DNA from: Candidatus Omnitrophota bacterium
GTDB lineage: Bacteria > Omnitrophota > Omnitrophia > Omnitrophales > JACROU01
Assembly (NCBI GenBank): GCA_029261035.1
Contig: JAJDCD010000023.1
Span: forward strand, 38,501 to 102,500
Length of the DNA: 64,000 bases
Direction: 5' to 3'
Part shown: in pieces, positions 28,701-37,426 of the stretch
How positions within the stretch are numbered: position 1 is the first letter of the stretch
Layout of the letters: every line of letters begins with the position of its first letter
Translations under genes and position numbers: made by a program
Notes under the pieces: model-generated
Told to the model about the DNA's origin: nothing
Database searches by the model: none
The model's input: only the letters and a program-made list of their open reading frames with translations

Positions 28701-30785
28701 ATCATTAAAAAATGGGCAGAGAAATATTCAGAGCCCTTCGCTTCGAGAGATCATGATTTTGAAAAATTTATAGAGCTAACAACAAAGTTAGTTACAGAAG
28801 GCTTTAGTGGCTTTGTGGATGGGGATCGAGCAGCAATTAGAGACATTATTGACAGTCGTCCTGTGCAATATGAAGGTGTTAGAGAGGTTGTTGTTGGTGA
28901 GATTGTGAGAATAATGAATGGCATCAACTCTTCTACATTAAATGCATTTTCCAGAAAACAAATAAATAATTTTTTCAGTTTTTTGGTTGCTAGAGATTTT
29001 TTCAAAAGACATTTTACTGCAGGAGAATCATTCGATGGCGTTCAAGAAATATATATAGGTTCTAAAGCGCCTCATTTTCAATTTCAGATAGCATCCAACC
29101 AATTGCAACCCTACCACTTTGTCGTTTTGCGTGTCCCTTTTGGAGATAGAGGAAAACATCGAGTGGTGATTTTTGACATGAGCGTTTTGAATGGCGAAAA
29201 AAGCCAAACTCAATTTAGAGGTATTTCTGAACAGGCTTATTCTAGCTTGTTATGGCAACCCTTCCGAGTAGATGGACGCGTTGTGGAAATGAGTTTGAAT
29301 ATAGATTCGTCTCAACAGCAGACGATGGAATTGCCGGAGGATGAAATTGGAGGAACTCGGCTACCTTATTTCTCTCAGACCATGATTGGAAGACTCGTTG
29401 ATTGGATGGGGGATATACAGGCTTTTGAAGCTCAGTTTGCAGACACTCAAGTTGTTCCACATGCTCCTCGAGAGGTTCCTGTTTTTACAAAACCAAGGCA
29501 TTCCAGATATAGACCCAGACATCATAGAATGGGGTCTCGGTCTATTCGAGCTAGAAAGAGAAGAAATATACAATTAGATCGGAATGATATAGAAACTAAT
29601 GTTAGACCAGGAAACTCTGCGAACTCGAGAACGTATGTTGATGCCACTCAAGCACCTAAAACGCGAGCAAAGTCAGAGGTTGTGAAAAAAAGACGTCGTT
29701 TAGGGTTGGGAAGACGGCCAGTAGAATTGCCGCCGTTGTCACCCAGAACTTCTTTTTCACCACCGATTCCAACGTCTGTGCCTAATCCGTTAAAACGATT
29801 TAAACCTATGTCGTTACCGCAAGGAGGTCTAACGTCATTTAATCGCCCTCCAGCTAGACAAAACCCAACTCCTCAGGGAGAAGGGCCGAACGTTGCGGAT
29901 CTTAGGAATCAGCATAAACGTATGTTTGGAAAAAGGCTTTCTATTTGGGATCATAGGATGCCTCCTCAGCAAGAGAAAAGACGCGGATTGAGGGGAAATA
30001 GTTTAGGCTCTATTGTTTCTGTGGCTAATCTTGTTGCAGATAAAATTGTTGCTCCTCAAGACTTAGAAAATGAAGTCATTGTATCAGCTGTTTTGAGACA
30101 GGAAGTATCTTTGGAACAACTCTTTAAACTTAGAGAGCTCTTTGATCAGGTGGGAGGAGATGGTTTTTATAAGAAATTGTTTGGCGCCAACTCCAACTTA
30201 AGTGTTGTTCTGATGCAATCTTCTCAAGTGACGGATGCGTTGGCCGCGGGGATAGATTGGGCTTTGGTGAATCAACCGAATTTAATTCTTCGAATTATTA
30301 ATGACGGAACGCAAAATGAGCAGATTGAACAATTGAAGCGCAAGGTGAAAGATTTAAATGTAAATCATAAAGCAGAGAGATTTAAAATCGTGATGTCTGA
30401 TTTGAGCGTTGTTGATACAATTAATTATATTCTCCGAGACAAAGGGAATCTCTATAAAGTGGCTCATACTTTAGATTCCGGTTTGGCAAGAATAGATGTA
30501 ACCAAGCGAACTGTTGTTTTGGCTAAGGAGCAAACCTTAGAAGATATTGATAAAGGGCTTTCCTCTAAAGTTATATTCATTCCTTCTGAAGTTGAAGGCT
30601 CAGCTCTTTATCAATTTGGAATTTCTACGGCTTTAGCAGCAAATGAGGGACGATTAACAGCAGACCTAAAAGAACATCTACGAATCTCCAAATCTGGACA
30701 TTTTGTTTTCCAGGATTTTTCTCGAATCCTTCATGAGCTGATGACAGCACACCAGGCTTTAAAAGCTATTCTACAAGCAGCCTAG
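25701..30785 (+). CDS. Giant secreted multidomain protein (1,694 aa): signal peptide, N-domain paralogous to the 34..8568 protein, kinase-like domain, basic/Pro-rich low-complexity tract, C-terminal domain
   Basis: Signal-peptide-like N-terminus (…LILTFGLDSISLAHAQS). LIHLQDAHANPEAQ / VFVEG / GGFHTPALL align with LLEDAHGYIEAQ / VGVEG / GGFHTQGL in the first giant protein. See findings for the kinase-like motifs. Confidence 0.85.
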   Translation: MRFFLVFQQQLRVLTYFLILTFGLDSISLAHAQSVTASVNVAPSIGLGDYSSFPDNLGNIIQKNEISKNAFNLIHLQDAHANPEAQKKIAELIRYFSEEQGYNTVFVEGAYGRLDKRYIEFTDDFSLNQKIAERLTALGEFTAPDVYLSKNKKSTLQFLGIEDPQLYRKNVTHLKKIYQSREEIESWIEAKKLILDRKNSRLKNKNLFYLFKTFLELSEKTNNFSRHLVQLNTISKRELGRDLQDAKEQIEYPNIVRFLRLFKEQKLDREKARVEWEEIVKTISKQKQFLKRAPSFKELNDLNVRVLLETLVEEQGVDFKGFPIFSKYAKALIYQQEMDGAALFAELNTWLLSLINHFSLEAQSKNLFKEIQLFILIKKLLKLELKREEWGLIKDEEIKDKEVQNLIDEALLFYKAAEKREQPFLEQIQNQIKNKKIKKAILLTGGFHTPALLKHANEDGWNSVVIAPQLTSAVDQDDYFKNFMGRDPKDIDVSQVVTQPYSISPETAVALGVDLANRQQLVNTITREFVKASSLGERKEILPGFFEERPLFIPKDGRILRSNERLLLQAGDHYFYVDEKRVVQVDSTGKKIKQIKIANKPLKRWELSEGKKMVSRSHWASNEKEFIWLKHYFQWQRLAKKVYLNDPVLIGQGVTSKVYSMNVAMPQDGVVRTLIGTEFVKKKDKTIGRKRDYGLVGYEVQKGDFQDEPVPVGAVRKLIIKTSSFSTKRSIAYQELIRDRFASTFIAKTAELPSRHPVAHELGLEQFGRERILLQEPLIPLSQILREARGYERQYWANQFVRRVEDFWKRGYVDLDARTDNWGVNSEGKLVFHDFDFVMSLSEMDKGIKGKREDKLTVLSRKIQFFANFIINNVSFLYSLDPELAKHFYERVVHISFELENKQKLYLFNDILSNAAGTSKQLKNWEQHWKRIEVFAKQLIQAHEEQASKEKRKEIVKDVFNFLRASVKKRQALMTQVLRLVAPASQSELKGDQIRRQKGRIIKKWAEKYSEPFASRDHDFEKFIELTTKLVTEGFSGFVDGDRAAIRDIIDSRPVQYEGVREVVVGEIVRIMNGINSSTLNAFSRKQINNFFSFLVARDFFKRHFTAGESFDGVQEIYIGSKAPHFQFQIASNQLQPYHFVVLRVPFGDRGKHRVVIFDMSVLNGEKSQTQFRGISEQAYSSLLWQPFRVDGRVVEMSLNIDSSQQQTMELPEDEIGGTRLPYFSQTMIGRLVDWMGDIQAFEAQFADTQVVPHAPREVPVFTKPRHSRYRPRHHRMGSRSIRARKRRNIQLDRNDIETNVRPGNSANSRTYVDATQAPKTRAKSEVVKKRRRLGLGRRPVELPPLSPRTSFSPPIPTSVPNPLKRFKPMSLPQGGLTSFNRPPARQNPTPQGEGPNVADLRNQHKRMFGKRLSIWDHRMPPQQEKRRGLRGNSLGSIVSVANLVADKIVAPQDLENEVIVSAVLRQEVSLEQLFKLRELFDQVGGDGFYKKLFGANSNLSVVLMQSSQVTDALAAGIDWALVNQPNLILRIINDGTQNEQIEQLKRKVKDLNVNHKAERFKIVMSDLSVVDTINYILRDKGNLYKVAHTLDSGLARIDVTKRTVVLAKEQTLEDIDKGLSSKVIFIPSEVEGSALYQFGISTALAANEGRLTADLKEHLRISKSGHFVFQDFSRILHELMTAHQALKAILQAA
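27600..28330 (+). other. Atypical protein-kinase-like domain inside the 25701..30785 protein
   Basis: Glycine-rich loop IGQGVTSKVYS, downstream VKKK lysines, catalytic-loop-like VDLDARTDNWGV (D-x4-N spacing as in HRDLKPEN), and HDFDF in the DFG position 14 residues later. Confidence 0.5.
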
Positions 30786-30875
30786 CCACGCATTTTGCAA
30801 TTCCCTTACCTAGATGGTACAACTTAATTGATGGTATTGAACTAACTTAAGTAGTCAAGGAAGGGAGAATAAGCT

Positions 30876-31352
30876 ATGAACTTTCCAGCCAAACAGAAAG
30901 CGCTTCATGATTTTTGCTACGGACTTTATGTTTTAACCACGCATGATGGGAATGAGATTAATGGACTTACTGCGTCATGGGTAAGTCAAGTTTCATTTGA
31001 GCCACCATTAATCATGGTTGCTGTCGAAAAAACTCGTTACACAAGTCAAATGATCGAAAAAAGTAATGTTTTCACGCTTAATGTTCTTCGAGATGATCAA
31101 GAAGCTGTGGCGAAGCATTTCGTAATTCCTCATTGGAAAGTAAAAAACAAATTTGAGGGACACAAGTACCACCTAGGAAAATCAGGCTGTCCTATTTTGG
31201 ACGAGGCCAGTGCTTATGTGGAATGTCGTGTTATTCAGAAAGTAGATCCTGGGGACCATATGATTTATGTAGGTCAAGTCGTTGATGCGGCACCCTTACA
31301 TGAAGGCCGTGCTCTTTGTATGATGGACACTCCTTTATCTTATAGCGGATAA
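30876..31352 (+). CDS. Flavin reductase-like FMN-binding domain protein
   Basis: 158 aa with LTASWVSQVSFEPPLIMVAV, typical of the flavin reductase (PF01613-like) family. Confidence 0.75.
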   Translation: MNFPAKQKALHDFCYGLYVLTTHDGNEINGLTASWVSQVSFEPPLIMVAVEKTRYTSQMIEKSNVFTLNVLRDDQEAVAKHFVIPHWKVKNKFEGHKYHLGKSGCPILDEASAYVECRVIQKVDPGDHMIYVGQVVDAAPLHEGRALCMMDTPLSYSG

Positions 31353-31491
31353 AGAGTGCTTCTTATATCCATTCTTTGACGAACCCTTTAGGGGGTGTCG
31401 AATTGGGAGATTAGAGAATTGTTTCATAAGATGCTACTCTCAAAGAAACCAATTCCATCCCCTTTTATTTATGTCTAAATTTTAAACTCTT

Positions 31492-33063
31492 CTAGATGAC
31501 GCGTTCGTATTCGTCTTTTTTAAGTTTCCAGACAGGCTTACCGCAAAAACGATCCCCTTCAGGGCAGAATGGAGTTACTTTAGCATTGAAGCGCATATGA
31601 CATGGAGGGTATATGTGTTTAACTAAATTAGGTTGTACTTTTTCGACTTGTTTTACCTCATCGAGACAGTTGTGCCAAATTTCTTCTTGGGCGGTATAAC
31701 ATAGACGGTGAACCCATTTGTGATGAAAGTTCAGCAAATCCCCAGACTCCACAAAACGAATAGGAAAAGAGTTTGGTACCAGATAAGTAGCAAACTCTTC
31801 CGAAACACCCAAGTCGAGTAATTTGTTAATTCCTTCCCAAATTTTTTGATGGGCCTTTTCATAGATTTCCGTTGCTTCAGCACTTTCTGAAATGAGAGGA
31901 GGAGTGATGAAGTCTACTTTATCTCGAACAAATTGAGTGATGAAAATAGGGCGAGACCCTGGAGTCATTCGATGACGTTGATCTTGAGAGTCTGCGGTGT
32001 GGCTTATTTTTTTTCTAAAAGTGAAGTGAGGATGCAGCATCGTTCGTGTTAGCTTCGCGTGCGATGTTAAATTTAAAGCTTCTTTGTAGTACGTATTTTT
32101 AGCTGGGGACATAGCCGCTTCGATGGCGTCTTCATTTGAAAGCTTTTCTTTTGGGATACCCAATACAGTTCGGACGGCTTCTCCCATTGTCTCTTCCGCA
32201 TTTGTTTTGTAGTCGATCAAAAAAGAAGTGCTATTGCCGAGATTCTTATCAAACTCTTCAACAAATTGTCGTGAGAGACCCTTGTTGCTTTGGTTGTGAA
32301 ACTGATGAAATAATTGGTATTCCGGAGTTTCTTCGATTGGGATAGAGTCTTCAATGTTTTGAAAGAAAAGAGGGTCTTGTTCTGTTACGGCGGCAATCAT
32401 TTTTCCAACGACTAACTTTTGTTCATGAGGAGTGTCATAGGAATTAACCAGTTTGTTGTAACGGTGCAATGTTAACCCGCTGATAGTGTGGTACAGGTGA
32501 GCGTGTGTTGCAACAGGCAAAATATAACGAGCGACTTCCTGAGTTTTTTTCTTAAGAGAACTCTGCCAACGTTTTTCTTCCGTATTTCTATTGGGAAATA
32601 CTTTTGAATACGATTTTAGTGTAGGCGTCATGAGAACTTCATTTAACTTGTGATACGTATCCATTTGGAAATTGGCGATTGATTCGTAAACATCAAGTGC
32701 TTCGCCTTCCAATGGAGGAACCCAAAAAGTACCTGGTTTTACAGAAACGTAGCGTTGACTGACTTGTTCTGAATTGTAGAACATATGACTATGTAGAAAG
32801 GCCCAAATAAATTGACGAGAAACTTTCTCGAGGACAAACTGAAATGTTGCATGCTGAATTGTTGTGTGATGCCCTGCTTGGTAGATACTCGTGGCAATAC
32901 GGTCTCTTAAATCCCGAGAACGCTCGTCTTTGTCGACGTCTTCAGAGTAGATTACCTTAGAAGAATAACAGGTTCGAGCTGTGGCAACGGCATTATTGTA
33001 AGGCGTTTTAAAGATATTAATCAGCTTTACTTCAGGTTGTGTGGGAGTCAATGTTGTTTGCAT
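31492..33063 (-). CDS. thyX: FAD-dependent thymidylate synthase ThyX, double-length (tandem-domain) form
   Basis: 523 aa with an RHRM..S ThyX-type motif. This length matches the ~530-aa ThyX characteristic of Chlamydiae. Confidence 0.7.
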   Translation of the reverse strand: MQTTLTPTQPEVKLINIFKTPYNNAVATARTCYSSKVIYSEDVDKDERSRDLRDRIATSIYQAGHHTTIQHATFQFVLEKVSRQFIWAFLHSHMFYNSEQVSQRYVSVKPGTFWVPPLEGEALDVYESIANFQMDTYHKLNEVLMTPTLKSYSKVFPNRNTEEKRWQSSLKKKTQEVARYILPVATHAHLYHTISGLTLHRYNKLVNSYDTPHEQKLVVGKMIAAVTEQDPLFFQNIEDSIPIEETPEYQLFHQFHNQSNKGLSRQFVEEFDKNLGNSTSFLIDYKTNAEETMGEAVRTVLGIPKEKLSNEDAIEAAMSPAKNTYYKEALNLTSHAKLTRTMLHPHFTFRKKISHTADSQDQRHRMTPGSRPIFITQFVRDKVDFITPPLISESAEATEIYEKAHQKIWEGINKLLDLGVSEEFATYLVPNSFPIRFVESGDLLNFHHKWVHRLCYTAQEEIWHNCLDEVKQVEKVQPNLVKHIYPPCHMRFNAKVTPFCPEGDRFCGKPVWKLKKDEYERVI

Positions 33064-33209
33064 ATCTAGCCATTATAAGCCTCCTCATACCTTCCGTCAA
33101 TCGGTCAGAAAATGATGCTCTCATATTGTATTCAGACACAAAGGTAAGTTTAGCCCCATTTTCTGGCTATCACACGTTTTATGATTTTTTGTGTTAAAAT
33201 AGGTCTTCT

Positions 33210-33863
33210 ATGGCAAATCCAAATCTTTATATAAAACAGATGGAAATGGGTCCTATGCAGAATTTTGTTTATTTTGTAGGGGATAAGAAGACAAGAGAAG
33301 TGGCAGTCGTGGACACCGCTTGGGACGTCCCTGAGATATTAAAGGCGGCCGAAAAAGAGGAAGTTACGATTACGCATGCTTTGGTTAGCCACTATCACTT
33401 TGATCATACCAATGGTCTTCCAGATTTGTTGAAAGAATTAGATGTTCCTGTTTATATTAATAAAGCGGAAGAGCAGTGGATGAAAGGATTAGCAGCAGAA
33501 AATACAAAAGCTGTAAAATCAGGAGATAAGATTAAATTAGGAGAGATTGAGATTGAGTTTTTGCATACTCCTGGACACACTCCGGGTTCTCAATGTTTCT
33601 TAGTGGATGGAAATTTAATTTCGGGGGATACCTTATTTATTGATGCTTGTGGAAGAACAGACTTGCCTGGAGGGAATCCAGAAGATTTGTATCATAGTTT
33701 AACGACGAAGTTGATGAAGCTGGACGACAGCACTATTTTATTTCCAGGGCACAATTACTCAGAGCTACAAACAGTGACTATGGGAGAACAGAAAGAGACA
33801 AATCCTTTTCTGAACATTCCCACCTTAGATGATTTTTTAAAAAAGTTTGGATATAAAGAATAG
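33210..33863 (+). CDS. Metallo-beta-lactamase-fold hydrolase (glyoxalase II-like)
   Basis: HYHFDHTNG (HxHxDH) metal-binding motif; 217 aa. Confidence 0.8.
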   Translation: MANPNLYIKQMEMGPMQNFVYFVGDKKTREVAVVDTAWDVPEILKAAEKEEVTITHALVSHYHFDHTNGLPDLLKELDVPVYINKAEEQWMKGLAAENTKAVKSGDKIKLGEIEIEFLHTPGHTPGSQCFLVDGNLISGDTLFIDACGRTDLPGGNPEDLYHSLTTKLMKLDDSTILFPGHNYSELQTVTMGEQKETNPFLNIPTLDDFLKKFGYKE

Positions 33864-33907
33864 CGGGTAGCGCGTAGCGTAGAGCGTATAGTTTCTGTTG
33901 TCTTTTT

Positions 33908-33946
33908 CCTTCTCCCTCCGACGGAGGGAGAAGGTTAGGATGAGGG
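33908..33946. repeat. Family D element (CT-rich hairpin + GTTAGGATGAGG tail), nested within a larger ~120-bp palindrome (33866..33990)
   Basis: ccttctccctcc-gac-ggagggagaagg then ttaggatgaggg. Flanked by inverted gcgtagcgtagagcgtatag / ctatacgct..ctacgctatacgc. Confidence 0.65.
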
Positions 33947-34004
33947 TGGTGGGCCCTATACGCTAAACGCTCTACGCTATACGCTAGTAGACAAAGGATA
34001 AAAC

Positions 34005-34517
34005 ATGTTACCAATTTTTCTTGGACTTGCAATTAGTAACACCATTTTACTTTTATTAACGATGGGCGTTGGAACTCAATATTCTGGAGGTCAAGCTGTT
34101 TTCGGTGCACACTTCAGCGCAGCTCTTTTTACAGGGATTTTCACTCTTTTTGTTCACTGCATTGTTTTTACTTATTTTGTGGGGACAGGAAAGTGGATTA
34201 AGGAAACGATTAGTAACGGAGTACTTAAAGAAGAAGAGTGGTGGCCTAAGATAAAAGCGTTCAAGAGAAAAGTGTTTCCTATTAATTTGTATGCGATGAT
34301 TGCTGTGATTGCGACTGCAGTTCTTGGGGCTACAGCATATGCTAAAGATTCTCATCTGTCTTCATGGATTCATCAGATGGTAGCTTATTTTACCTTAGTT
34401 CTTAATTTGTATGCTTTCTATGTGGAAGGAAAGAATATTAAAGAAAATTCAGAGTTGCTGGCAAAGGCAGTAGATATCAAACAAAAACATATTGATGAAC
34501 AGGAGCCCGGTTTATGA
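34005..34517 (+). CDS. Small integral membrane protein (4 TM), co-transcribed with cytochrome c
   Basis: Hydrophobic segments throughout. Its stop codon overlaps the start of the downstream cytochrome c gene (ATGA). Confidence 0.6.
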   Translation: MLPIFLGLAISNTILLLLTMGVGTQYSGGQAVFGAHFSAALFTGIFTLFVHCIVFTYFVGTGKWIKETISNGVLKEEEWWPKIKAFKRKVFPINLYAMIAVIATAVLGATAYAKDSHLSSWIHQMVAYFTLVLNLYAFYVEGKNIKENSELLAKAVDIKQKHIDEQEPGL

Positions 34518-34876
34518 GGGTTTATATCACTCTACCTTTTATTTTAGTAGGCTTACTATTTTGTTCTCATAGTTTTGCTGAAGAGGCTTTGGAAGACACG
34601 ATTTCATACGAACAGTCAAAAGAATTATACCGAGATAATTGCGCGTCTTGTCATGGGAAGAAGGGAAATGCAAAAACTTTGATGGGGCGAATGTTAAAAC
34701 CTAAACCAAAAGCCTTTCAAAGTGTTTTGAGCGACCCGAGTATGAATGATGAGAAACTGTTTTCTGCAATTTCTGATGGAAAACCGGATACAGCAATGCG
34801 TGCTTTTAATACGGATCTCTCAGAGGATGAGATTAAAGCTGTGATTACCTATATCAAAAAAGAATTTGAAGATTAA
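34514..34876 (+). CDS. Class I c-type cytochrome (single heme, secreted)
   Basis: Signal peptide followed by the CASCHG heme-binding motif (CxxCH); 120 aa. Confidence 0.8.
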   Translation: MRVYITLPFILVGLLFCSHSFAEEALEDTISYEQSKELYRDNCASCHGKKGNAKTLMGRMLKPKPKAFQSVLSDPSMNDEKLFSAISDGKPDTAMRAFNTDLSEDEIKAVITYIKKEFED

Positions 34877-34884
34877 TTACATTC

Positions 34885-34920
34885 TGTCATTCCCGCGAAG
34901 GCGGGAATCCAGGGGATGAC
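34885..34920. repeat. Family E hairpin (TGTCATTCCCG-loop-CGGGAATCCAG), copy 1
   Basis: attcccgc-gaag-gcgggaat stem-loop. An outer tgtcat...atgaca pair is also present. Related copies at 45067..45091 and 53689..53721. Confidence 0.6.
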
Positions 34921-34937
34921 AAGTAGAGGGGGAGAAA

Positions 34938-35249
34938 ATGGGAAAAACAATTACCGAGTGGACAGAAGAATGTTTTCAAAGTTCAAAAGAAAAAGGGTTT
35001 TGGGAGAATGATCGAAATGTAGGGGAAATGTTGATGCTGATTGTTTCCGAATTAGGGGAAGCCGTCGAAGCTCATCGAAAAGGGGATATGGGTTTAGAGG
35101 CGAAAGATACTTTTGAAGATGAACTTGCAGATACAGCGATTCGTTTGTTTGATATGTGTGGGGGTTTGGGGATTGATCTTGAAAAGCAGATTGAGTGGAA
35201 GATGAATTTTAATAAGAGTAGGGAAGTTAGGCATGGGAAGGCTTATTAA
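34938..35249 (+). CDS. MazG-like nucleotide pyrophosphohydrolase domain protein
   Basis: 103 aa; the ELGEAVEAHRKGD...ELADTAIRLFD pattern matches the MazG/NTP-PPase fold. Confidence 0.7.
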   Translation: MGKTITEWTEECFQSSKEKGFWENDRNVGEMLMLIVSELGEAVEAHRKGDMGLEAKDTFEDELADTAIRLFDMCGGLGIDLEKQIEWKMNFNKSREVRHGKAY

Positions 35250-35269
35250 GAAGTTGGGTTTTGTTGGGC

Positions 35270-35353
35270 GACCTGGAAAGGTTCCCGGCGCTCAGACAGC
35301 ACAAAAATTGTGATGCGATTTTTGTGAACTCGCGGCGGGAACCTTTCCAGGTC
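35270..35353. mobile_element. MITE-like palindromic element, family B copy 2
   Basis: gacctggaaaggttcccg / cgggaacctttccaggtc perfect inverted flanks around the conserved core cggcgctcagacagcacaaaaat...cgatttttgtgaactcgcggcgg. Confidence 0.7.
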
Positions 35354-35388
35354 GCTTAAGTTATAACTTTTTTTTGGTATTGGGGGTT

Positions 35389-35423
35389 GAAAGCCAGAGC
35401 TACATCGAGTAGCTCTGGCTTTC
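35389..35423. other. Perfect 14-bp stem-loop, first of three consecutive hairpins (35389..35490)
   Basis: gaaagccagagcta-catcga-gtagctctggctttc. Followed by cgttatc-tgtaa-gataacg and atcccaata-aat-tattgggat. Confidence 0.6.
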
Positions 35424-35538
35424 TTGGTTTAGGGTGTTCGTTATCTGTAAGATAACGAAACGCGTATTTGTTGTTAGGGATCCCAATAAATATTGGGATA
35501 ACGGCGTTTTCTTCGTTAGAGGTTGGTTTAGGATTTAT

Positions 35539-35748
35539 TTAGAAGTCGAAGGTGTCTTTTCGGTATTTGAAGGTGTGGTTATCGAAATCGCGTTTGGTGA
35601 CTTTCCAGATTTTTTCGCAGAGTGGGCATGTGCAGATATAGTTTTTCCCCCACTTGCTGTAATGCCAATGTCCGAAGTGAACTAGCCTACAGATGATAAA
35701 CTTAAACAGTGTTGTGAAGTAGCCCTGGCGGGCTTTGGTCTTACCCAT
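35539..35748 (-). CDS. Possible small Cys/His-rich protein (69 aa)
   Basis: ORF with CRLVHFGHWHY...CTCPLC, a possible zinc-ribbon-like arrangement. There is no family-level support and it sits in a repeat-dense region. Confidence 0.3.
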   Translation of the reverse strand: MGKTKARQGYFTTLFKFIICRLVHFGHWHYSKWGKNYICTCPLCEKIWKVTKRDFDNHTFKYRKDTFDF

Positions 35749-35862
35749 AGTAAAACACCTCTTGCTTTTATAAGTCTAGCATATGATGCTGGGATGTGCA
35801 TATTTCTCTATCTCTATATCAGTTATTAAGTTGCAGACATTACTTCACATTTTTAGGGAGTC

Positions 35863-35919
35863 GGGGACATGGGCTTTTGTAACCATTGCTAAGTAATTGT
35901 GGCAAAAGTGCGTGTCCCC
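35863..35919. repeat. Family C repeat, copy 2 (reverse orientation)
   Basis: ggggacatgggcttttgtaaccattgctaagtaattgtggcaaaagtgcgtgtcccc. Confidence 0.7.
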
Positions 35920-36016
35920 TATACAAAGGGTGGGCTGTATTCCTTTTAAAACCATTAGCAGCAATGACATTTATCCTATTTACTAAATTGACTAATAAGA
36001 TATAATCTTTCACCTT

Positions 36017-37423
36017 ATGGCTAAAACACTATTTGAAAAAATTTGGGAACAACATGTGGTTACTACCTTAGAGGATGGAACTTCGATCATGTATATTGAT
36101 CGGCATTTAATCCATGAGGTGACCAGCCCACAAGCATTTGAAGGGCTTCGTTTAACGGGTCGGAAAGTACGTCGACCTGAGTTGACGTTTGCGACGATGG
36201 ATCATAATGTGCCTACCGATGATCGTTATAATATTAAAGATCCTATTTCCAAAGCTCAGATTGAAGCATTGACGGACAACTGTAAAGAGTTTGGAATTCA
36301 GCTTTTTGATTTAAACAGCGACAAACAAGGTGTGGTACATATTATTGGTCCTGAGTTAGGCATTACGATGCCAGGCACTACGATTGTATGTGGAGATTCT
36401 CACACTTCGACCCATGGTGCTTTTGGAACCTTTGCGATGGGTATTGGAACATCCGAAGTGGAGCATGTGCTAGCGACGCAATGTTTGCCCCAAAAAAAAC
36501 CAAAGACATTTAAAGTAGAGTTTGCTGGTATTCCGAAGGCCCCCGTTTCAGCGAAAGATTTGATCTTAAAATTTATTGGAGTAGTTGGAACCGCAGGTGG
36601 GACAGGGTATGTTTTAGAATATTGTGGTGAAGCGATCCGAGCTTTATCTATGGAAGAAAGAATGACTATTTGTAATATGAGCATTGAGGCGGGAGCGCGC
36701 GGCGGTTTGATTGCACCGGATGAAACGACCATTGATTACATTGTTAAGAACGACAGACCTTACGCGCCTAAAGGGGAAGAACTAGAAAAAGCAATTGAGT
36801 ATTGGAAGTCTTTACCTTCAGATCCTGGGGCTACTTATGATCGAGAAATTACCATTGATGTTACGAATCTTTCTCCTCAAGTTACTTGGGGAACGAGTCC
36901 GGGAATGGTGATGGATGTTACAGGAACGATTCCTAACGTAGATGAAGTGCCAGGGTACAGCCCAAAAGATGTTCAACATACTTTGGATTATATGGGCTTA
37001 ACACCAGGGACCCCATTGACGGATATAAAGGTGGATACCGTATTTATTGGCAGTTGTACCAACGGACGTATTGAAGATTTAAGAATTGCCGCAAAGTACT
37101 TTAAAGGGAAAAAAGTTGCTGAGGGTGTGCATGCTTTAATTGTGCCAGGATCACAGCAAGTAAAGAAACAAGCTACGGAAGAAGGTTTAGATAAAATTTT
37201 TGTTGAAGCGGGTTGTGACTGGAGAGAGTCTGGTTGTAGTATGTGTTTAGCGATGAATCCAGATCAGTTGAAGCCGGGTGAGCGCGCAGCCTCTACATCG
37301 AATCGTAATTTTGAAGGACGGCAAGGCAAAGGCGGCCGCACCCATTTAGTTAGCCCACAAATGGCAGCTGCGGCTGCAGTCGAAGGGCATTTTGTAGATA
37401 TTAGAACTTGGGAAGAGGATTAA
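36017..37423 (+). CDS. leuC: 3-isopropylmalate dehydratase large subunit (aconitase family)
   Basis: [13 protein letters not shown] and [11 protein letters not shown] aconitase-family cluster-binding motifs; 468 aa. Confidence 0.85.
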   Translation: MAKTLFEKIWEQHVVTTLEDGTSIMYIDRHLIHEVTSPQAFEGLRLTGRKVRRPELTFATMDHNVPTDDRYNIKDPISKAQIEALTDNCKEFGIQLFDLNSDKQGVVHIIGPELGITMPGTTIVCGDSHTSTHGAFGTFAMGIGTSEVEHVLATQCLPQKKPKTFKVEFAGIPKAPVSAKDLILKFIGVVGTAGGTGYVLEYCGEAIRALSMEERMTICNMSIEAGARGGLIAPDETTIDYIVKNDRPYAPKGEELEKAIEYWKSLPSDPGATYDREITIDVTNLSPQVTWGTSPGMVMDVTGTIPNVDEVPGYSPKDVQHTLDYMGLTPGTPLTDIKVDTVFIGSCTNGRIEDLRIAAKYFKGKKVAEGVHALIVPGSQQVKKQATEEGLDKIFVEAGCDWRESGCSMCLAMNPDQLKPGERAASTSNRNFEGRQGKGGRTHLVSPQMAAAAAVEGHFVDIRTWEED

Positions 37424-37426
37424 GTT

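Noticed and set aside
35434-35685. ORF 35434..35685 (+, 83 aa)
   Set aside because: It overlaps three consecutive hairpins and the opposite-strand mini-ORF, and has no recognisable motifs. It is more likely non-coding.
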